64,000 nucleotides of DNA, taken from contig JANRKO010000006.1 of the NCBI GenBank assembly GCA_033763455.1, positions 448,001-512,000 on the forward strand. The letters are read 5' to 3'. Shown here in pieces: positions 38,066 to 47,850 of the stretch. The notes beneath the pieces are model-generated. The model was given only the letters and a program-made list of their open reading frames with translations, searched no databases and was not told the origin of the DNA. How positions within the stretch are numbered: position 1 is the first letter of the stretch; each line of letters opens with the position of its first letter. The translations under genes were made by a program, and so were the position numbers. The DNA comes from Polyangiaceae bacterium. GTDB taxonomy: Bacteria; Myxococcota_A; Polyangia; Polyangiales; Polyangiaceae.

Positions 38066-40207
38066 ATGGTGAATCCCCCCCATAACCCTCACGCTGAGTG
38101 GGAAGCGCAGGCTCTTTCGGAACTCGATGGAAAGCCGCCGGCCTCGTTAGAGACCACCACTCGCGAGCAGATTGTGGTGAAGCCGCTCTACACGGCGGCA
38201 GACGTCGGAGGCACGAATCCCGAGCAGTTGTTCCCAGGCGTATTCCCGTACGTGCGTGGTCCGTACGCCACCATGCACGTGGGCAAACCCTGGACGATTC
38301 GCCAATACGCGGGGTTCTCCACGGCAGAGGCTTCGAATGAATTCTACAAGCAGGCGCTTGCGGGAGGCCAGCGGGGCCTCAGCGTGGCGTTCGATCTTGC
38401 GACACACCGGGGCTACGATAGCGATCACCCACGGGTTATAGGCGACGTCGGCAAAGCTGGAGTGGCCATCGATTCCGTCGAGGACATGAAGGCGCTTTTT
38501 CAGGACATCGATCTCGCGAAAATTAGTGTCTCCATGACGATGAACGGTGCGGTATTGCCCGTGCTTGCCGCATTCATTGTAGCAGCTGAAGAGTCTGGGG
38601 TTGAAGCGACCAAGCTGCGCGGGACCATTCAGAATGACATTCTGAAAGAGTTCATGGTGCGCAACACGTATATTTACCCGCCCGAGCCATCGCTCCGCAT
38701 CGTGGCAGACGTTATCGACTACGTGAGTCGAGAAATGCCTAATTTTAACTCGATTTCTATCTCGGGCTACCACATGCACGAGGCGGGGGCCCCTGCCGAT
38801 CTTGAGCTCGCGTTCACGCTGGCAGATGGGATTGAATACGTGCGCACGGCTCTATCGAAGGGCCTCGGGGTCGACGAGTTTGCTCCTCGGCTTTCGTTCT
38901 TCTTCGCTGTGGGGATGGATCTGTTCATGGAGGTAGCCAAGCTGCGGGCGGCGAGGAAAATCTGGGCCACTGAGATGGAACGCCTATTTCAGCCGAAGGA
39001 TCCCCGTTCGCTCCTGCTCCGCACCCACTGCCAAACCTCAGGCGTGAGCCTGGCACAGCGAGATCCTCTGAACAACATCGTGCGCACCACGGTTGAGGCA
39101 CTTGCCGCCGTACTCGGCGGAACGCAGAGCTTGCACACGAACGGTTATGATGAAGCCGTGAGTTTGCCCACGGACACCGCTGCCCGAATCGCTCGCAACA
39201 CGCAGCTCATCTTGCAGCATGAAACAGGCATTACCAGAACAGCCGATCCTTTGGGCGGCTCCTACCTCGTCGAAGCCCTCACCGAAGGCCTCGTTCAGCG
39301 CGCCAAGGTTGTGATGGCTGAGGTGGAAGCCTTGGGAGGGATGCGCGTGGCTGTGCAGCAGGGCTTCCCCAAACAAATGATAGAGCGAGCGGCCACGCTT
39401 CGGCAGGGCCAGATCGATAGGGGGGAAGAGGTCGTAATTGGGGTCAATCGTTACGTAGCGTCGGAGGCCGAGCCCGTGGAGGTACGGGTGATTGACAATG
39501 AAGCGGTAAGAGCCACCCAAGTTCAACGGCTGAGGCAGCTGAAGCTGGCCCGCAACGCCGAGGCCGTCCAAAAAGCTCTTTTGGCCCTCACGGATGCGGC
39601 CAGAAGTGGCGCGGCCAACCTCTTGAAGCTCAGCGTTCAAGCCATGCGCGTTCGTGCTACAGTGGGTGAGGTTTCGCTCGCTCTTGAGCAGGTTTACGGA
39701 CGCTATGAAGCGCACATCCCCACCGTGAAAGGCGTGTATGGCGGCCCGCTCTTTAAAGATCCTGAGTGGCAGGGGTTGCGGTCGCGTGTGTCCGAATTTG
39801 CGCTAGCAGAAGGGCGGCAGCCTCGCATTCTGATCGTGAAGTTGGGGCAAGACGGCCACGATCGCGGAGCGCGCTTGATGGCAGCAGGCCTGGCCGATCT
39901 CGGGTTCGATGTAGATGTGGGCCCGCTTTTCTCAACGCCGGGGGAGGCGGCGGCCCAGGCGGTGGACAACGACGTTCACGTCGTGGGCGTGTCGACCCAG
40001 GCAGGTGCGCACCTCACGCTCGTGAGCGAATTGCTGTCAGAGCTTTCGAGTCGCGGTGCCAGCAATATCGCCGTGGTCTGTGGGGGCATTATTCCTCCCG
40101 CCGATCACTCCGTGTTGTTAAGCCGTGGTGTGAAAGCCATATTTGGTCCCGGAGCGCGTGTGGCCGAAGCCGCCTCCACCATTCTCAACGCCCTGGGCGC
40201 CAAGTAG
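38066..40207 (+). CDS. scpA: Methylmalonyl-CoA mutase (single-chain, B12-dependent)
   Basis: [48 protein letters not shown]. Confidence 0.97.
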   Translation: MVNPPHNPHAEWEAQALSELDGKPPASLETTTREQIVVKPLYTAADVGGTNPEQLFPGVFPYVRGPYATMHVGKPWTIRQYAGFSTAEASNEFYKQALAGGQRGLSVAFDLATHRGYDSDHPRVIGDVGKAGVAIDSVEDMKALFQDIDLAKISVSMTMNGAVLPVLAAFIVAAEESGVEATKLRGTIQNDILKEFMVRNTYIYPPEPSLRIVADVIDYVSREMPNFNSISISGYHMHEAGAPADLELAFTLADGIEYVRTALSKGLGVDEFAPRLSFFFAVGMDLFMEVAKLRAARKIWATEMERLFQPKDPRSLLLRTHCQTSGVSLAQRDPLNNIVRTTVEALAAVLGGTQSLHTNGYDEAVSLPTDTAARIARNTQLILQHETGITRTADPLGGSYLVEALTEGLVQRAKVVMAEVEALGGMRVAVQQGFPKQMIERAATLRQGQIDRGEEVVIGVNRYVASEAEPVEVRVIDNEAVRATQVQRLRQLKLARNAEAVQKALLALTDAARSGAANLLKLSVQAMRVRATVGEVSLALEQVYGRYEAHIPTVKGVYGGPLFKDPEWQGLRSRVSEFALAEGRQPRILIVKLGQDGHDRGARLMAAGLADLGFDVDVGPLFSTPGEAAAQAVDNDVHVVGVSTQAGAHLTLVSELLSELSSRGASNIAVVCGGIIPPADHSVLLSRGVKAIFGPGARVAEAASTILNALGAK

Positions 40208-40209
40208 CT

Positions 40210-41196
40210 GTGAGTACGTTAGAGTCACCAAAGGCACTGGCGGAGGCCCTTGGTCGAGGCGATAGGCGCGCTCTCTCTAAAGCTATTACTCTGATCGAAA
40301 GCACCACCGCGGAAGACAGAGCTCGGGCCGTGGAGCTCCTGGGGACGCTCCCAAAGCGCGAACACCCTGCGTTTCGGTTGGCCATTACCGGGCCGCCAGG
40401 CGCCGGCAAAAGTACGCTGATCGATCAGCTGGGCCTAGAGGTGCTAGCCAGTCGGCAACGCCTCAGTGTGCTCACTATTGATCCCAGCAGCCGAATCTCG
40501 GGTGGCAGCATTTTAGGCGACAAAACGCGCATGAGTCGGCTCTTGGCCGAGCCGAACGTTTTTGTTCGGCCGAGCCCTTCGGGGAGTGCGGGAGGTGGGG
40601 TGGCGGAGCGAACGCGCGAAGCGATGCGCTTGTGTGAGGCGGCGGGCTTTGACGTAGTGATGGTCGAAACAGTGGGCGTGGGGCAGGGGGAGCTCGCGGT
40701 GCGCGACATGGTGGATGTGTGCCTGGTGGTGCTGCTCGCCGGGGCGGGGGATGAGCTCACGAGCATTAAGCGCGGGGTGCTGGAGGTGGGGGATGTGTTC
40801 GTGGTGAACAAGGCAGATGGTGCGGGCATGGCCGCCGCAGAAGCCGCTCGTGGCATGTATGCATCCACGTTGAGCATGCTGCTTGGCAGCTCCTCCTTGG
40901 TGCTCGCCGCAAGCGGGCTTACGGGCTTGGGAATGCCGGAGGTGTGGGCGGCGGTTTCGGAGAAGTTCCGATCGCTCCAAGCATCAGGCGAATTGTTTTC
41001 TTTGCGGGCCTCGCAGAGTGAGCGCTGGTTTGACGAGCTGTTGGCAGAGGAGGCCGTGGCCGCATTTCTCGAAACCCGAGGAGCGGAAGAGGCTCGCCGC
41101 GAAGCTCTCCAACTGGTGCGCCAGGGCTCGCTCGATGCGTTCGCAGCCGCACGGCGTGTACTAGAACGGCTCCAAGCAACGCGGAAAGGCACCTAG
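40210..41196 (+). CDS. meaB: Methylmalonyl-CoA mutase-associated GTPase MeaB/ArgK (copy 1)
   Basis: GTG 40210; [48 protein letters not shown]. Confidence 0.95.
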   Translation: MSTLESPKALAEALGRGDRRALSKAITLIESTTAEDRARAVELLGTLPKREHPAFRLAITGPPGAGKSTLIDQLGLEVLASRQRLSVLTIDPSSRISGGSILGDKTRMSRLLAEPNVFVRPSPSGSAGGGVAERTREAMRLCEAAGFDVVMVETVGVGQGELAVRDMVDVCLVVLLAGAGDELTSIKRGVLEVGDVFVVNKADGAGMAAAEAARGMYASTLSMLLGSSSLVLAASGLTGLGMPEVWAAVSEKFRSLQASGELFSLRASQSERWFDELLAEEAVAAFLETRGAEEARREALQLVRQGSLDAFAAARRVLERLQATRKGT

Positions 41197-41669
41197 GGCG
41201 TTAGCAACTCGGCGGGGGCTTGCACGAGCTCAATGAGCACGCCCTCACCACTCAGTGGTTCCTCTGCGCTGCCTCTGGGGTGAATGAAACACACGTCGTG
41301 CCCCGACGCGCCCTTTCGAATGCCTCCGGGCGCAAACCTTACTCCACGCCTTGTAAGCCACGCCACCGCGGCTTCCAGGTTATCCACCCAAAGCCCAATA
41401 TGATTGAGTACCGGCTCGTGCACCTTGGGCCGTCGATTGGCATCGAACGGCTGCATGAGATCGATTTCTACGCGGGCGGCCCCCTGTCCAACCTCCAGCA
41501 AATCTTCGATCACGTTTTCGGTCTCACTCTGATACGTGCCAATGCGGCGGAGCCCCAGTAATTCCACCCAAAGGTGTGTAAGCGCGCTTCGGTCGAGCGC
41601 GCCCATGGCGATCTGCTGCACGCCGAGAATGCGGAAAGGCCGCTCCCCTTGGGGCAATCCCTCTGTCAC
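41193..41669 (-). CDS. VOC family protein, probable methylmalonyl-CoA epimerase
   Basis: [41 protein letters not shown]; adjacent to the mutase and MeaB. Confidence 0.8.
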   Translation of the reverse strand: MTEGLPQGERPFRILGVQQIAMGALDRSALTHLWVELLGLRRIGTYQSETENVIEDLLEVGQGAARVEIDLMQPFDANRRPKVHEPVLNHIGLWVDNLEAAVAWLTRRGVRFAPGGIRKGASGHDVCFIHPRGSAEEPLSGEGVLIELVQAPAELLTP

Positions 41670-42469
41670 AGCGCGGGGGTGCGCCCCTGAACGCCCAGCT
41701 GCACTTCGAGGTTGCTGCTCAATGAACGTATCACCGCGGTGGTCATGCCGGCGGCCAGGAAAAATCCCACATTTTCCTGCAATTCCACCTGAAGGCCTCC
41801 CCCCACGTGAAAAGCCAAGTCTTTTTTGTATTCGAAGTTTTGGTACTCGGGGTTGCTGCCGCCGCCTTCAAGCTCCCAAGCCACTGCGGGCTCGAAAAAC
41901 ACTTTCAAGCGAGCGTCGCTCATATTGTAGATGCGGGTTCCGATACCGATTAGCTTCAGGGGCTTGGTGTTCGTTTCAGGTTCACTGCTCAAACCAAAGC
42001 GCCCCCAAGCGAAAGGCTCCAAGCTGTCGGTTACGGCGAAGCTCAGGGCACTCTCCAACGCATAGGGCGCTTGGTGCCCACAGAACTTCTGCTTCTCACC
42101 TTCATCTTTCGAGGGTTGTTTGCAAAAAGCGCTATCGCCGGAATAGCGAAACACCATGCGAAGCCCACCCACGCCGCCCATACGCAAGCCGAAGCGAAAA
42201 CGATGTCCGAAGTCATCGCCTTTGGCGGCCGGGGTCGGCTCTTCTGTGGCTCTTGTGTCAGGCTTGGCGGACGGAGCTTTCTCGACGCTTTCGGCGCTCA
42301 CGTTCCGAACCGGTTGTGCGTCGGCCGACGCAGCGTCTTTGGCGGACTTCCCGGCCGAGCTTGGCACGTCGGCTTCAGCAGCCTGTGCGGACACACCGTG
42401 CGCGAAGACGAAGAGGGTGGCCAAAGCTACGAATGAAGTTCGAAGGGCCAGTTTCTTCCGGAGCGACAT
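41666..42469 (-). CDS. Hypothetical secreted protein, probable small outer-membrane beta-barrel
   Basis: Signal peptide (AQA), low-complexity linker, alternating amphipathic strands, Cys-Cys loop. GTGA-coupled to the epimerase. Confidence 0.55.
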   Translation of the reverse strand: MSLRKKLALRTSFVALATLFVFAHGVSAQAAEADVPSSAGKSAKDAASADAQPVRNVSAESVEKAPSAKPDTRATEEPTPAAKGDDFGHRFRFGLRMGGVGGLRMVFRYSGDSAFCKQPSKDEGEKQKFCGHQAPYALESALSFAVTDSLEPFAWGRFGLSSEPETNTKPLKLIGIGTRIYNMSDARLKVFFEPAVAWELEGGGSNPEYQNFEYKKDLAFHVGGGLQVELQENVGFFLAAGMTTAVIRSLSSNLEVQLGVQGRTPAL

Positions 42470-42642
42470 GGGCGCGGAGTGTAGCGGTGGGCAGAGGTTT
42501 TCGGGAAGGCGTGGGGCTGGGTGCTCGACCGTGCCCCAGCATTCTCCCGCGCCTAGGCGTTTTTGGCTGAACCGGCGGTTGTATAAGCCTTCGCTGCAAG
42601 AGGAAATTCACTCTCTGGAAGAAACCGGGTAGTCTGACAGCT

Positions 42643-43005
42643 ATGTTCAAAGAGTCGCTTCAGGGGATTGTCGATGGGACCGATGGAGGCCTTGCGGGGC
42701 TGCTCATGGACTTCGAGGGGATCCCGCTGGAGGTCTACACGCGGCACGAGGCTCCCTTTGACATGGAGGCCGTGGGTGCTGAAGTGAGCGTGGTGGTGAA
42801 GTCGATTCAGCGCGCCACCGAAATGCTCGAAGCCGGGGAGACCACCGAGGTGGCCTTTAAGAGTGACAAGCTCACGACTGTGATTCGCGTCATCAACGGG
42901 ACTTACTTCATGGCGGTGACACTTCAGCCCGACGGTAACCTGGGCAAAGCCAGGTACCTCATGCGCGTCTGCGCGCCAAAGTTGAAAAAAGAACTGGAAG
43001 CGTAA
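42643..43005 (+). CDS. mglC: Roadblock/LC7 domain protein, MglC-like
   Basis: LMDFEGI and DGNLGKARYLMRVCAPKL resemble my recollection of M. xanthus MglC (FDGI; DGNFGKGRY); located upstream of accBC. Confidence 0.75.
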   Translation: MFKESLQGIVDGTDGGLAGLLMDFEGIPLEVYTRHEAPFDMEAVGAEVSVVVKSIQRATEMLEAGETTEVAFKSDKLTTVIRVINGTYFMAVTLQPDGNLGKARYLMRVCAPKLKKELEA

Positions 43006-43018
43006 TTCCGAGGCTAAG

Positions 43019-43555
43019 ATGGCCCAACTAAAACCGGCACGCGGGGCTGCCACCAAGTCTGTCAGAGCCGCTATCATCAAGGCGAAGCCTTCCGCTCGGG
43101 GCACGGCCCCAAAGGCTTGTGTCTATGTGTTAAGTGGCCCGAATCTCAATCGCTTGGGGAAGCGAGAACCAGAAGTTTACGGCAAAACAACGCTCGAAGA
43201 AGTGCACACGGAGCTCGCACGCTTGGCTCAAGAAGCGGGCGCAAGCGTGGTATGTCGGCAGAGCAACTACGAGGGCGAGCTCATCGGTTGGATCGAGGAA
43301 GCTCAAGACATCGGAGCGCACGCGATCCTGATCAATCCCGGGGCTCTCACCCACACCTCCTACGCGCTTCACGACGCTATCAAAGGCGCTGGGCTGCCCA
43401 CCGTGGAGGTCCACATCTCTAATCCCGCGGCCCGGGAAGCGTTCCGACATCACTCGTGTGTGGCCCGAGCGTGCCTGGGCACGGTTTCGGGATTTGGGGC
43501 CGCCTCCTACAGGCTGGCACTGGCCGGTATTTTAGCCCGGCTTGCCTCTTCCTGA
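43019..43555 (+). CDS. aroQ: Type II 3-dehydroquinate dehydratase
   Basis: GPNLNRLGKREPEVYG, QSNYEG, INPGALTHTS, EVHISN..REAFRH. Confidence 0.96.
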   Translation: MAQLKPARGAATKSVRAAIIKAKPSARGTAPKACVYVLSGPNLNRLGKREPEVYGKTTLEEVHTELARLAQEAGASVVCRQSNYEGELIGWIEEAQDIGAHAILINPGALTHTSYALHDAIKGAGLPTVEVHISNPAAREAFRHHSCVARACLGTVSGFGAASYRLALAGILARLASS

Positions 43556-43690
43556 GCAGGCTTGCTCTGAAATAACGCGCTGCGACGCTGGGTAATCGCA
43601 TCGCGTAGCGGAATTCGCGCCCACAACGTGTTGTCTCGTCGGGCCTCTCTCGACTACGTTCGGCCGCCAAAGCGCCGGAGGCAGACAATC

Positions 43691-44152
43691 GTGGATATTC
43701 CCCTTAAGCAACTCAAACACCTTCTGAAAACCCTTGAAGAAGGAAAGGTGAACGAGTTTGAGTTCGAAGACGAGAAACATCGAATTCGTGTGTCGTTTGG
43801 CCACGGCGGTACGCCCATGGTTGCTGCGGCGTCGTTCCCAGCAGCGGCTCCCCAGGCCGCTTCTCCGGCGGCGGCTCCAGCACTTGCGGCCCCAGCTACG
43901 GCTGCGGCAGATGACAGCGTCTACGTGACGTCTCCCTTCGTGGGGACTTTTTACCGAGCCTCCTCGCCTGAGGGCGAGCCCTTTGTCAACGTCGGCACTC
44001 AGGTAACGGCGGGTAAGGCGCTTTGCATCGTGGAAGCAATGAAGCTCATGAACGAAATTGAAGCTGAATTTTCGTGCACGATTTTGGAAATCCTGGTCGA
44101 AAACGGGAAAAGCGTGGAATTCGGGCAAAAGCTCTTCCGCGTGAAGAAGTAG
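43691..44152 (+). CDS. accB: Biotin carboxyl carrier protein
   Basis: SPFVGTFY, EAMKLMNEI biotinylation motif, Ala/Pro linker; GTG 43691. Confidence 0.96.
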   Translation: MDIPLKQLKHLLKTLEEGKVNEFEFEDEKHRIRVSFGHGGTPMVAAASFPAAAPQAASPAAAPALAAPATAAADDSVYVTSPFVGTFYRASSPEGEPFVNVGTQVTAGKALCIVEAMKLMNEIEAEFSCTILEILVENGKSVEFGQKLFRVKK

Positions 44153-44187
44153 CCCCCACAAAATCCGCCTCTCACCCCTCGGACAAT

Positions 44188-45537
44188 ATGTTCAAAAAGG
44201 TTCTCATCGCCAATCGCGGCGAAATTGCGATTCGGATCATTCGGGCTTGCCGTGAACTCGGCATTCGTACGGTTGCCGTGCATTCCGATGTGGACGCCAC
44301 GGCTCTGCACGCGCGTTTTGCGGACGAGGCCATCTGCATTGGTCCGGGCGCCGCCACCCAAAGTTATCTCAATATAGCGGCAATTATCAGCGCAGCCGAG
44401 ATAGCTGCGGCTGACGCGATTCACCCCGGCTATGGGTTTCTGTCGGAGAACTCGAAGTTCGCGCAAATTGTGGAAAAATGTGGCCTTACCTTCATTGGCC
44501 CGAGCTCGCAGTCGATGCAGCAATGGGGGGATAAGCTTTCTGCGCGAGAGGTAGCCAAAACGTTCGGCTTGCCTCTACTCCCGGGAAGCGTGGCGCTCGA
44601 TAACGCCGCCCACGCCGAGGCGGAAGCGAAACGGGTTGGCTTCCCGGTTATGATAAAGGCCCGCGGAGGTGGCGGCGGCAGAGGCATGCGTGTTGTGCGC
44701 ACCTTGGACGAAGTGGCACGCGCCTTCGAATCCGCGTCCGCTGAAGCTCTCTCAGCGTTCAAGAATCCGGAACTCTATCTGGAACGCTTCATTGAGCGCC
44801 CCAAGCATATCGAGTTTCAGGCCCTAGGGGATAAGCACGGGCAGGTGTGGACGTTGGGCGAACGCGAGTGTTCGTTGCAGCGCAGGAATCAAAAATTGAT
44901 CGAAGAAGCTCCGAGCCCTTCCATCAGCGAAGAGCTGCGCACCACCATGGGCGAGCGCATTCGCAAAGCGATTCGTGAGACGGGCTACACCGGCCTTGGC
45001 ACCTTGGAGTTCTTGTTGGACGAAGACAAGCAGCTCTACTTCATGGAGATGAACACCCGCGTGCAGGTGGAGCACCCGGTTACCGAGGTGGCCACGGGGG
45101 TGGACTTGGTGATCGAACAAATTCGTGCGGCGGCGGGCGAAAAACTAGATCTTCCAGACACTCGCTCTTGGAAGTTCCGCGGTCACGCCATTGAGTGTCG
45201 GATAATGGCCGAGGATCCGGTCACATTTGCCCCAAGCCCCGGGAAAATCACGGAATATCACCCGGCGGGCGGTAACGGAACACGGGTTGATTCGGGCATC
45301 TACGGTGGCTTCACCGTGCCCCCCTTCTACGATTCCCTGCTGGCCAAGGTGATCACCTCGGGGCCCACTCGGCAGGTCGCGATCACTCGTATGTTGCGAG
45401 CCCTGGATGAGTTCATTGTGGGTGGCATCAAGACCAACATCCCCTTGCACAAACGCTTGCTTGTGGAGCCGGAGATGGTGGATGGCACGATGACCACGCG
45501 CACCGTCGAGAACATGTTAGCTCGCCCTCAGCGTTGA
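44188..45537 (+). CDS. accC: Biotin carboxylase
   Basis: KVLIANRGEIA, HPGYGFLSEN, GGGGRGM, ERECSLQRRNQK, EMNTRVQVEH; ATG 44188. Confidence 0.97.
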   Translation: MFKKVLIANRGEIAIRIIRACRELGIRTVAVHSDVDATALHARFADEAICIGPGAATQSYLNIAAIISAAEIAAADAIHPGYGFLSENSKFAQIVEKCGLTFIGPSSQSMQQWGDKLSAREVAKTFGLPLLPGSVALDNAAHAEAEAKRVGFPVMIKARGGGGGRGMRVVRTLDEVARAFESASAEALSAFKNPELYLERFIERPKHIEFQALGDKHGQVWTLGERECSLQRRNQKLIEEAPSPSISEELRTTMGERIRKAIRETGYTGLGTLEFLLDEDKQLYFMEMNTRVQVEHPVTEVATGVDLVIEQIRAAAGEKLDLPDTRSWKFRGHAIECRIMAEDPVTFAPSPGKITEYHPAGGNGTRVDSGIYGGFTVPPFYDSLLAKVITSGPTRQVAITRMLRALDEFIVGGIKTNIPLHKRLLVEPEMVDGTMTTRTVENMLARPQR

Positions 45538-45655
45538 GGGCGCCCAGTCGGCGTGAGCTGATCCGGCGTTTGAGGGACCGGCGTTGAACGGAGCCGCTGG
45601 TTGTGCAGAGCCGAACGTCTTGCGGAGCTGCCTGCCGAACCCTACCGTAGGGGCA

Positions 45656-46696
45656 GTGGAAAGTCTGGGAGCGCGAGTTTTGACCGGCGAAGTGCGCGCC
45701 GCGGCCCGCGCATGTCGCTTGGTGGATGATCGCGGCCAAGGCTACCGTGAGTTGCTCAAGGAGCTGTACCCGCACACGCTTAGGGCTTTTTGGATCGGCA
45801 TTACGGGTAGCCCAGGCGCCGGCAAAAGCACGCTTGGGGCGCGGCTGGTTCAGCATTTTCGCAGCCAAGGGCGGCGGGTTGGGGTCGTGGCGATTGATCC
45901 ATCGAGCCCTTTTTCAGGCGGTGCCATCCTCGGCGATCGGATCCGGATGCAGGAGCATTTTGAAGATCCTGAGGTTTTCATACGTTCGGTGGCCACGCGC
46001 GGAGCCCAAGGGGGGCTTTCACGTTCAGCCGTAGATATTGCCCGAGTGCTCAGCGCTTGGGGCGCCGACGTGGTGCTCCTTGAAACGGTAGGGGTCGGTC
46101 AAGATGAGCTTGAGGTGGCGTTTGCTGCCCATACTACCTTGGTGGTGATGGCACCCGGCATGGGCGATGGAGTGCAGGCGATCAAAGCCGGGCTTCTCGA
46201 AGTTGCGGACGTGTTTGCGGTCAACAAGGCGGATCTGCCGGGGGCTGCTAGCACCGCGGCGGATCTGGAACAGATGTTGAGCCTAGGCCAAGAACCAGCG
46301 ATGGCAAGCGCTGGGCACCACGGGTATTCGCACGCAATGCCGATGGGCCAGGAAAGGGCCGCGGAGGATGCTTGGCGGGGCACTGGAAAACAGAGCTTTC
46401 GCCCACCCGTCGTTACGTGCGTAGCGAGCCTTGGGGTAGGGATCCAAGAGGTCGTGGCGGCGCTTGAGGAGCATCGGATTTGGCAACAAACATCTCCTGA
46501 AGGGCAGCTTGCAAGGCTGGCTCGTGGGAGGCAGGCCCTGCTCAATACGCTTCGCGACGAGGCCGCGCGCGTGGTTTTGGAACGCCACGCCGTGGAGCTG
46601 GAGGAGCTGGTGGGGCTCATAGAAGCGGGCCGCTTGGATCCGTATTCGGCTTGCGAACGGTTGCTCGCCGCGGCCGCAGCTTTACTGTTGCGTTGA
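45656..46696 (+). CDS. meaB: MeaB/ArgK family GTPase (copy 2)
   Basis: GSPGAGKST, DPSSPFSGGAILGDRIRM, ETVGVGQDE, GDGVQAIKAG, NKAD. Start GTG 45656 or TTG 45584. Confidence 0.93.
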   Translation: MESLGARVLTGEVRAAARACRLVDDRGQGYRELLKELYPHTLRAFWIGITGSPGAGKSTLGARLVQHFRSQGRRVGVVAIDPSSPFSGGAILGDRIRMQEHFEDPEVFIRSVATRGAQGGLSRSAVDIARVLSAWGADVVLLETVGVGQDELEVAFAAHTTLVVMAPGMGDGVQAIKAGLLEVADVFAVNKADLPGAASTAADLEQMLSLGQEPAMASAGHHGYSHAMPMGQERAAEDAWRGTGKQSFRPPVVTCVASLGVGIQEVVAALEEHRIWQQTSPEGQLARLARGRQALLNTLRDEAARVVLERHAVELEELVGLIEAGRLDPYSACERLLAAAAALLLR

Positions 46697-47749
46697 TTCG
46701 AGGAGCTTGCCTTGGCAGCGCAGCTTACCGACTAACGCGAGGGCGAGCCCTTCCGCTTGGGGCGACAGCGGTGCGTAGTGGAGGAACGGCGCATACGCTT
46801 GACCTTCGCGGGCGGTCCATTTCAAGAATTGGGCAAGTGCGTGGCGTTTAGCGCAGTCCTCACCGTCTTCGTGGACCAAGATATAGGAAAATGAACTAAT
46901 CGGGTACGCCCCGGGGGCAGAGCTATTGAGGAGTGATGCGGTAGCATTGCCTGACACCGGGCCAGTTGCGGCGGTAACGCTATCGAGTGATGGCCCCACG
47001 TACGCGTTGGCGCCGTTCCAGATTTTTGCGACGGAAAGGCCGAATGCGCGTGCGTGATTGAGTGGCACGTAGCTGATGGCCCCTGGGGTTGTGCGTACCA
47101 TCTCCGCCACCCCGGAGTTGCCGTCGCGAAGAGCCAAGCCGGGCACGAGCACTTTGGAACGTACCCCTATGGTTTGCTTCCAAGTGAGGCTCACTAGGCT
47201 GAGGTATTGGGTAAACACCTTGGTGGTGCCACTCCCGTCCGCGCGGTGCACGAACTGCAGCGGGATGTCCGGGAGCTTTGCTCCGCTGTTGGTTTGCAAG
47301 ACGCGCGGATCCGAAAGTCGAGTGATCTTGCCCGCGGCCAAATCGGCCAATGTTTCCCCGGTGAGTTGCAGGTCACTCAAGCCCGGGATGTTGTAAACGA
47401 TGGAGACAGCCGTGGTGGTGGTGGGGATGTGCAAAACGTCATTACCTGCTTGCACCATTTCATCGGCCGTAAGAGGGGCGTCGCTCGCTCCAAAGTCGGA
47501 CAGATCGGTTTTCATAACCTCCACGCCCCTAGACGAACCCACTGCTTGATACACAATTCGCACGCCTCGTTCCTGCGCGTACTCGGAAATCCACTTCTCA
47601 TAGAGTGGTGCCGGCAGGGTCGCTCCAGTGCCCGTTAAGCTAACGTTGGCGGTGGGTGGGTTTTTGGCACATCCAGACAGCCAGGAAAACCCGGCAAACG
47701 CAAGCCCTCCAACGAGTACCACCCACCTGTGTGTTCGGGTTGTGATCAT
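46682..47749 (-). CDS. pstS: Phosphate ABC transporter substrate-binding lipoprotein
   Basis: Lipobox LSGC; GTGATLPAPLY, YQAVGS, DFGASD, HRADGSGTT, YPISSFSY. Confidence 0.92.
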   Translation of the reverse strand: MITTRTHRWVVLVGGLAFAGFSWLSGCAKNPPTANVSLTGTGATLPAPLYEKWISEYAQERGVRIVYQAVGSSRGVEVMKTDLSDFGASDAPLTADEMVQAGNDVLHIPTTTTAVSIVYNIPGLSDLQLTGETLADLAAGKITRLSDPRVLQTNSGAKLPDIPLQFVHRADGSGTTKVFTQYLSLVSLTWKQTIGVRSKVLVPGLALRDGNSGVAEMVRTTPGAISYVPLNHARAFGLSVAKIWNGANAYVGPSLDSVTAATGPVSGNATASLLNSSAPGAYPISSFSYILVHEDGEDCAKRHALAQFLKWTAREGQAYAPFLHYAPLSPQAEGLALALVGKLRCQGKLLESTQQ

Positions 47750-47781
47750 CCTGCTGACCGTGTAACGCGGTCACTGGCCTC

Positions 47782-47814
47782 TGTTGGTGACGTTCTGAAG
47801 ACAAATCTATGAGC
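47782..47814 (-). promoter_or_regulatory. Pho-box-like 11-bp direct repeats upstream of pstS
   Basis: Minus strand GCTCATAGATT-TGTCTTCAGAA-CGTCACCAACA: three GTCAY-like cores at exact 11-bp spacing. Confidence 0.5.
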
Positions 47815-47850
47815 ATCAGTCAGCGAAGCGTCGCGTGATTGACACGCTTT

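Noticed and set aside
38000..38066. Cobalamin riboswitch ahead of the mutase
   Set aside because: Only 3 nt separate the genes and no B12-box is visible.
39766..40209. Long N-terminal extension of MeaB1 overlapping the mutase
   Set aside because: Shadow of scpA coding sequence; homology starts at GTG 40210.
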